Shown in pieces: positions 59,418 to 64,000 of a stretch of 64,000 nucleotides of DNA (position 1 is its first letter; each line of letters opens with the position of its first letter). Made by a program: the position numbers and the translations under genes. The notes beneath the pieces were generated by a model. That model saw only the letters and a program-made list of their open reading frames with translations. It did not search any database and had not been told where the DNA came from. Source of the DNA: Monocercomonoides exilis PA203 (taxonomy: Eukaryota; Protista; Preaxostyla); assembly GCA_001643675.2 (NCBI GenBank), contig LSRY02000039.1, positions 62,001-126,000 on the forward strand, given 5' to 3'.

Positions 59418-62400
59418 ATGTTTTTATTTGCGAGCGTGCTTTGCTGCTTCTACGATATTAATTGCATTGATAAGAAAGAAGGCGAAGAAATTCAAGCAAT
59501 CAGGGCAAAAGAGGATGCGTTTTTCGCAGAGAATATTTGCAGTGCTCCTGAAGGAATTGATAATCCGAATCCAGATGCCATAGCATGTGTACGAGATCAA
59601 AAGGAAATTATTAAAGAAGCTGAAGATAGCATGGATCAGAGGAACAAAAGGGATTTTATAGACTTGGTCAATTCAAACTCTTTTAATAATTTGAACGATT
59701 TCAGCTGGCGAAAAGAGAACGAGAAAGGTTTTACTGAAGGTCATTCTAAAATTGCATTTAAAGCAATTCAAAGCAACAGTGAAAATAAAGTTGAAGTGGA
59801 TGGAGAAAACGGGATTGACAGCGAAGAATGTGGCCTATCAGGGAATATTCCATGTAAAACAATAAAAAAGGCAGTGGAGCACTGCAAGCCCGAAGGAATG
59901 TTACAGATTCACACGACCGAAGATTGCAATAGATTCGATATCGAGCCAATAATAATTGATGGGCGTCACATCAAACTTGATAATGGAGACAAAAGTATAA
60001 TTAGTATCAAAACAGCTTTGAACGAAAAGAAAGTGAAAAATGGTGACGCCTTGTTTTGCGTTAAAGGCAAAGGGTTTTTATACAATGGCTATGCCGATAT
60101 TTGCGTGGATACAAAACGAGAAAGCGGAAGAAATCAAGGATTAATTGTTGTGGAAGGAGAAGGTTCACAAACGAAATTGGAAAATACGAATATCAGCAAT
60201 TTAGAGACTGTGAATGAACTGAGCTGCGTGCTTATTGAATGCAAATCTGGTGAATTGATGTTTCAGAGCGTTGAGATTTCACATTTTTTATCTTCGAATG
60301 CATTGATATTCGCAGAAGCTTCTCAATTAGTTGATATACAAGCATTAACTATGGATACAATTTCCACGAAAAGCGAAAGCCAATCAGTAATAACTGTCAC
60401 GGGAGGATGCCAATCTGCAAAATTTGAAGATTGCAAATTTTCAAATTGCTGGTCGATGGAGCACAGATTGGGAGGAGCAATATATTTGGAAATTAGGAAC
60501 AGCGGGCATACTTGCTTATTTCGCAAAGTTTATTTTTCGAATTGTTCCAGTAAAAGTGCAAATGCAAATGCAAATGCAAATCCTCAGTATCTTCAGCTTA
60601 ACGATGAGACAAAAGGAGGAGCAATATTTATTCAAGCAGCTGACGAAGCAACAGGATCATTGGATTTAACGTTTAAAAATGTATTATTTTCTGATTGTAC
60701 AGCTGATAAAGGAGAAATTGTTTACTTGTCATTTCCAACAGGAAGAGAGCAGATCAATGAAGATCAGTTTTATTTCGAGATGGAAGGGATTTACGGGAAG
60801 CAGAATTACATATTGCTTGAAGATAGGAAAGATATAAAAATAATTGACCTAATGGCAGACAAAGAAAATATATTGCCATACCATTCAGAAAACATCTACG
60901 TCGGAGGCGAAAAAGCAAGCAATGAGAAAACGTGTGGGCGAAAAGAAGAACCTTGTACTCAACTGAATGGCATAGCCAAACATGAAACGTGGAGAAATCG
61001 CATGTCTTTATATATCATTGGAAAAGTACTTGTAAATGAACCTTTTTCTGGCTGTCAAATAACTTTCTTTTCTTCGATGAATGATTCTTTTTCAATGCTT
61101 TTGGAAGCAAGCGACCAAAGCAGGGGAACTCTTCGAATTGGCGCAAATTTGAAGGCTGGAAAATCGAGTGCAGTGCTTGGAGGCAAAAATACCTTTTATT
61201 ACTTTTTTCATTTGGATATTGAATATCCAGATGCCATTGAAGGAGATGCGCTAAGTGTATTATATGGAAGAAATGATGTTCGTATTGTTGACGTTGTTTT
61301 TCGACCTTGGTACACTGGCTTAAAAGGTGAAAACGTGCTTGGAGGGGAAGGAAAGTTGCTTCCGTATAAGCTAATTGAATATGAACGCACTTCTCATAAA
61401 TTTTCACAACTTGTTATTTACGGAAGAAACAAAAATGCCACTCAAAACAGTCAGCGTGGAAGCGATGAGACAGCTAAAGTCCTCAGAGCTTTTCGGAATG
61501 TTTCAAACGAGGAACATTTGAATCAGAGAAATGAAGAGAACAATCTGTTATGTTCGTGGGATTCGGGGCTTGTTTTTCTTAGTAATGCGAATTCAATAGA
61601 TATAAATGACAGCTCGTTTATTGGCATCAGTGATGGAGTCATATTTTCTTCTTTTTGTATATTGAATTTGTACAACTGCAGTTTCAAAAACAACCATCCA
61701 ATTGAAGCAGATTGGGAGAAGCATCCATCTTTGCAACATAATATTCGATTCGATGGAAGAGAATATAAATGGATTCGAGTGGAATCGTTGTCTGTCGGAA
61801 GTGATGGATTGGATGGAAAACCATTTGGAATGCTATCTAATGTAAAAGCAACTGGAACAGCTGCTGAGAACATGGATTCATATTTCTTTTCTCCCATATT
61901 GAAGAATGTTACGCTGAAAAAAGAGGAAACGAGCAATAAAAATGAACGTCAAGACAAAAATGAAAATGAGAAAGAAGTCGAAGCAGTTGTGCATGGATCG
62001 TATCTGTTTCCTTGTGAACTGACGTTTGAAGTGACCAAAAAAAAGAAAGGGGAAGAAATGAGATGGACAGATTGCCCCGTTAATGAATATGTGAATGAGA
62101 CAGAAATGAAAGTGAGGATTCCTCCATCTTTGCTTGAAGTTGATGATTACACATCAGTTGTCTGCCGCTTGACTTATCCAAGTGGAATTATTAATGGAGA
62201 AAAGAAGCGAACAGCAAGTGCGATTTTGGTGAAACAGAAGAAGGACAATCCAAACGAGAACAATCCAAAGAAATTGACGAGAGCACAGCTTATTGCAATT
62301 ATTGTTTCTGTGAGCGCTTTTGCTGTTGTCATTGTAGTGATGGTGTCTGTGACGATTATATGTATGGTTAGATTTAAAAAGCGCATGCGATACAATGAAA

Positions 62401-62420
62401 TCAAGGATATAAATCATTGA
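59418..62420 (+). CDS. Type-I surface protein of the same beta-helix-like family, about 1000 aa, with a short cytoplasmic tail and no kinase
   Basis: Likely ATG at 59418 (MFLFASVLCC). Modules GIDSEECGLSGNIPCKTI and ASNEKTCGRKEEPC, GGAI repeats, a juxtamembrane block (CSWDSG...FKNNHP...FFSPIL...GSYLFPC), TM LIAIIVSVSAFAVVIVVMVSVTIICMV, tail RFKKRMRYNEIKDINH. Confidence 0.85.
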   Translation: MFLFASVLCCFYDINCIDKKEGEEIQAIRAKEDAFFAENICSAPEGIDNPNPDAIACVRDQKEIIKEAEDSMDQRNKRDFIDLVNSNSFNNLNDFSWRKENEKGFTEGHSKIAFKAIQSNSENKVEVDGENGIDSEECGLSGNIPCKTIKKAVEHCKPEGMLQIHTTEDCNRFDIEPIIIDGRHIKLDNGDKSIISIKTALNEKKVKNGDALFCVKGKGFLYNGYADICVDTKRESGRNQGLIVVEGEGSQTKLENTNISNLETVNELSCVLIECKSGELMFQSVEISHFLSSNALIFAEASQLVDIQALTMDTISTKSESQSVITVTGGCQSAKFEDCKFSNCWSMEHRLGGAIYLEIRNSGHTCLFRKVYFSNCSSKSANANANANPQYLQLNDETKGGAIFIQAADEATGSLDLTFKNVLFSDCTADKGEIVYLSFPTGREQINEDQFYFEMEGIYGKQNYILLEDRKDIKIIDLMADKENILPYHSENIYVGGEKASNEKTCGRKEEPCTQLNGIAKHETWRNRMSLYIIGKVLVNEPFSGCQITFFSSMNDSFSMLLEASDQSRGTLRIGANLKAGKSSAVLGGKNTFYYFFHLDIEYPDAIEGDALSVLYGRNDVRIVDVVFRPWYTGLKGENVLGGEGKLLPYKLIEYERTSHKFSQLVIYGRNKNATQNSQRGSDETAKVLRAFRNVSNEEHLNQRNEENNLLCSWDSGLVFLSNANSIDINDSSFIGISDGVIFSSFCILNLYNCSFKNNHPIEADWEKHPSLQHNIRFDGREYKWIRVESLSVGSDGLDGKPFGMLSNVKATGTAAENMDSYFFSPILKNVTLKKEETSNKNERQDKNENEKEVEAVVHGSYLFPCELTFEVTKKKKGEEMRWTDCPVNEYVNETEMKVRIPPSLLEVDDYTSVVCRLTYPSGIINGEKKRTASAILVKQKKDNPNENNPKKLTRAQLIAIIVSVSAFAVVIVVMVSVTIICMVRFKKRMRYNEIKDINH

Positions 62421-63313
62421 TCTGAAGCAAGTATATTCTTTGCACTTATGTTTGAAATTTCTGTTCATGTTTTAATCCTGTTTTAACCTTGCTTTATTTT
62501 CAAGAAATTTCGTGAGGTTCCACAATTGACTATGTATATGTTATTTGAATAAATGTTTTAAAATTGATAAATATTTTCCTTTAATGTATTTTGGAACCGA
62601 ATTATAACAAGAGTTTTCATTTTTTTAATTCACTCCTCACATGTTTTCTTCGGCTTTATTCAAATTTATTTTTCTTCTTTTTTCTCATATAAGAAAGCAT
62701 GAAAAATTTTCTATAGTTTTATTATTTTTCAAATTTATGTGATTTATTTGAGTTCTTTTAATCTTCTATGAGATTTTGATTAACTTATAATATTGGTTGA
62801 AAGTTATTTGACTCAATTTTACTGTTGTGGGGATATTTCTCCGTGTAATATATTTTCGAATATTTATTCTTTTGAATTTTATGTACACAAAATATTCACA
62901 ATTATTATTTCTTTTCTTTCTTTCTTTCTTTTGAGAAAAAGAAGAAAATCGAAATGTTGACTGGAAACAAAATTTCCGTGAAATAAGTACACAGAAGAGC
63001 TGGAAGATATCGTGTAGTTTAACAAAGAAAGGAATAAAATGTCGAGAAGAAAAGAATATCGAATTTATTTTTAACAATTTTGTCTTTTTCAATCAAACCA
63101 AGCTTGGTGACATCGTTTTTCAAAAAATTGCAATTTATTTTGTAATTGTTCATTGGAAAATGAATGGTACACAATCACAACTTAAAATAGGAGAAAATTG
63201 AAAGTTTCAATTTAAAGGTAGGCTGAAATTTTTATTTTGATTATTTTTTTGAATATTGAAATGCAAATAAAAGCATCAAATGTATTTGTCAAAACTAAAT
63301 AAACGTAAAGTTT

Positions 63314-64000
63314 TCACAACGAATAAGGATTGCTAAATAGATCATCATCCTCATCTTCTCCTTCGCCCGGTTGCTCCATCTGCACGCGCGGAGGCTCATA
63401 GCTCACACCATCAGAAAGATCAGCACTTTGCTCACCATCTCCTTCAAGATCCCTGTCAGACGCAGTTGGAAGCTCGTCCAGCCCTCTCCGCTCTGCATCA
63501 GCAGCAGAGCCGTCTTTCCCGTGCTGCTCGTCGTCTTCATCAAAAGTCCGCCCTTCTTCTCCCATGTCAATGTCCATCTCCATTCCCATCCCTTCTCCAA
63601 CTGCCTCTCCAACTCCTTCCCCAACCCCCATCCCCATGCTCATGCGAATCCTTTCTTCTTCATCTTCCTCGTCCTTTGGACCTTGTTGCTCGACATCCTC
63701 TTCTTCTCCTCCTCCCATCGCTTCCTCGTCGCTCAGCTCTTCGTCTCCAACTGGAGCGAATGCATCGTCAAATTGATCTGGTAGGGGGAAAAAATGTGAG
63801 AAATAAAAATTTCATCATTAACATTTCAATCGTTTCAAAGATAATCAAAAAGAATAAAAGAAACAAAAAATTAAAATTGTTTCAAAATGTTAAAGCAAAT
63901 AGGGGGAAATAAATGAATGTATGAATGAATAATAAGTTTGCAATTTGCGCAAACCTCCGCTGTCTGCAAGTTGCGTTAGTGTGTTTAGAGAATTCTCTAA
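63314..64000 (-). CDS. 3' end of a gene entering from the right edge; acidic disordered C-terminus; exons >64000-63955 and 63777-63314
   Basis: Intron 63954-63778 (GTTTGC...CCAG) joins LENSLNTLTQLADSG to DQFDDAFAPVGDEELSDEEAMGGG... in frame. Ends LFSNPYSL-stop. Confidence 0.7.

Noticed and set aside
63985-64000. 16-bp palindrome TTAGAGAATTCTCTAA at the window edge
   Set aside because: Short, AT-rich and inside a coding exon; likely chance.
1-64000. tRNA/rRNA genes or a non-standard genetic code
   Set aside because: No RNA-gene signatures seen; TAA, TAG and TGA all end plausible genes and the long ORFs are open in the standard code.

Overview
AT-rich eukaryotic DNA in the standard genetic code with short GT-AG introns. 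The gene families and the Ser/Glu low-complexity style resemble an oxymonad (Monocercomonoides-like) protist; this attribution is inference. By hand I could splice a 3xSH3 adaptor, a 9-exon 8-TM protein that looks like two fused tetraspanin-like units, a signal-peptide glutaredoxin-fold protein ending in KEEL with no active-site Cys, and a PTEN-C2-WD40 protein. There are also two giant single-exon beta-helix-like surface receptors with near-identical TM/pseudokinase tails, a shorter kinase-less relative, and a hypothetical gene. Mobile DNA comprises an apparently intact pogo/Fot1-type DD35D transposon (31-bp TIRs, TA TSD), a dead pogo relative with an intron at the same position, and four foldback/MITE-like palindromes (one with perfect 224-bp arms). 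A 4.7-kb element, not apparent from the ORF track, has the hallmark DIRS retrotransposon end structure (inverted termini plus an internal complementary region) but a decayed interior with no RT or recombinase that I can find. Most other ORF-track entries are shadow frames of low-complexity sequence.
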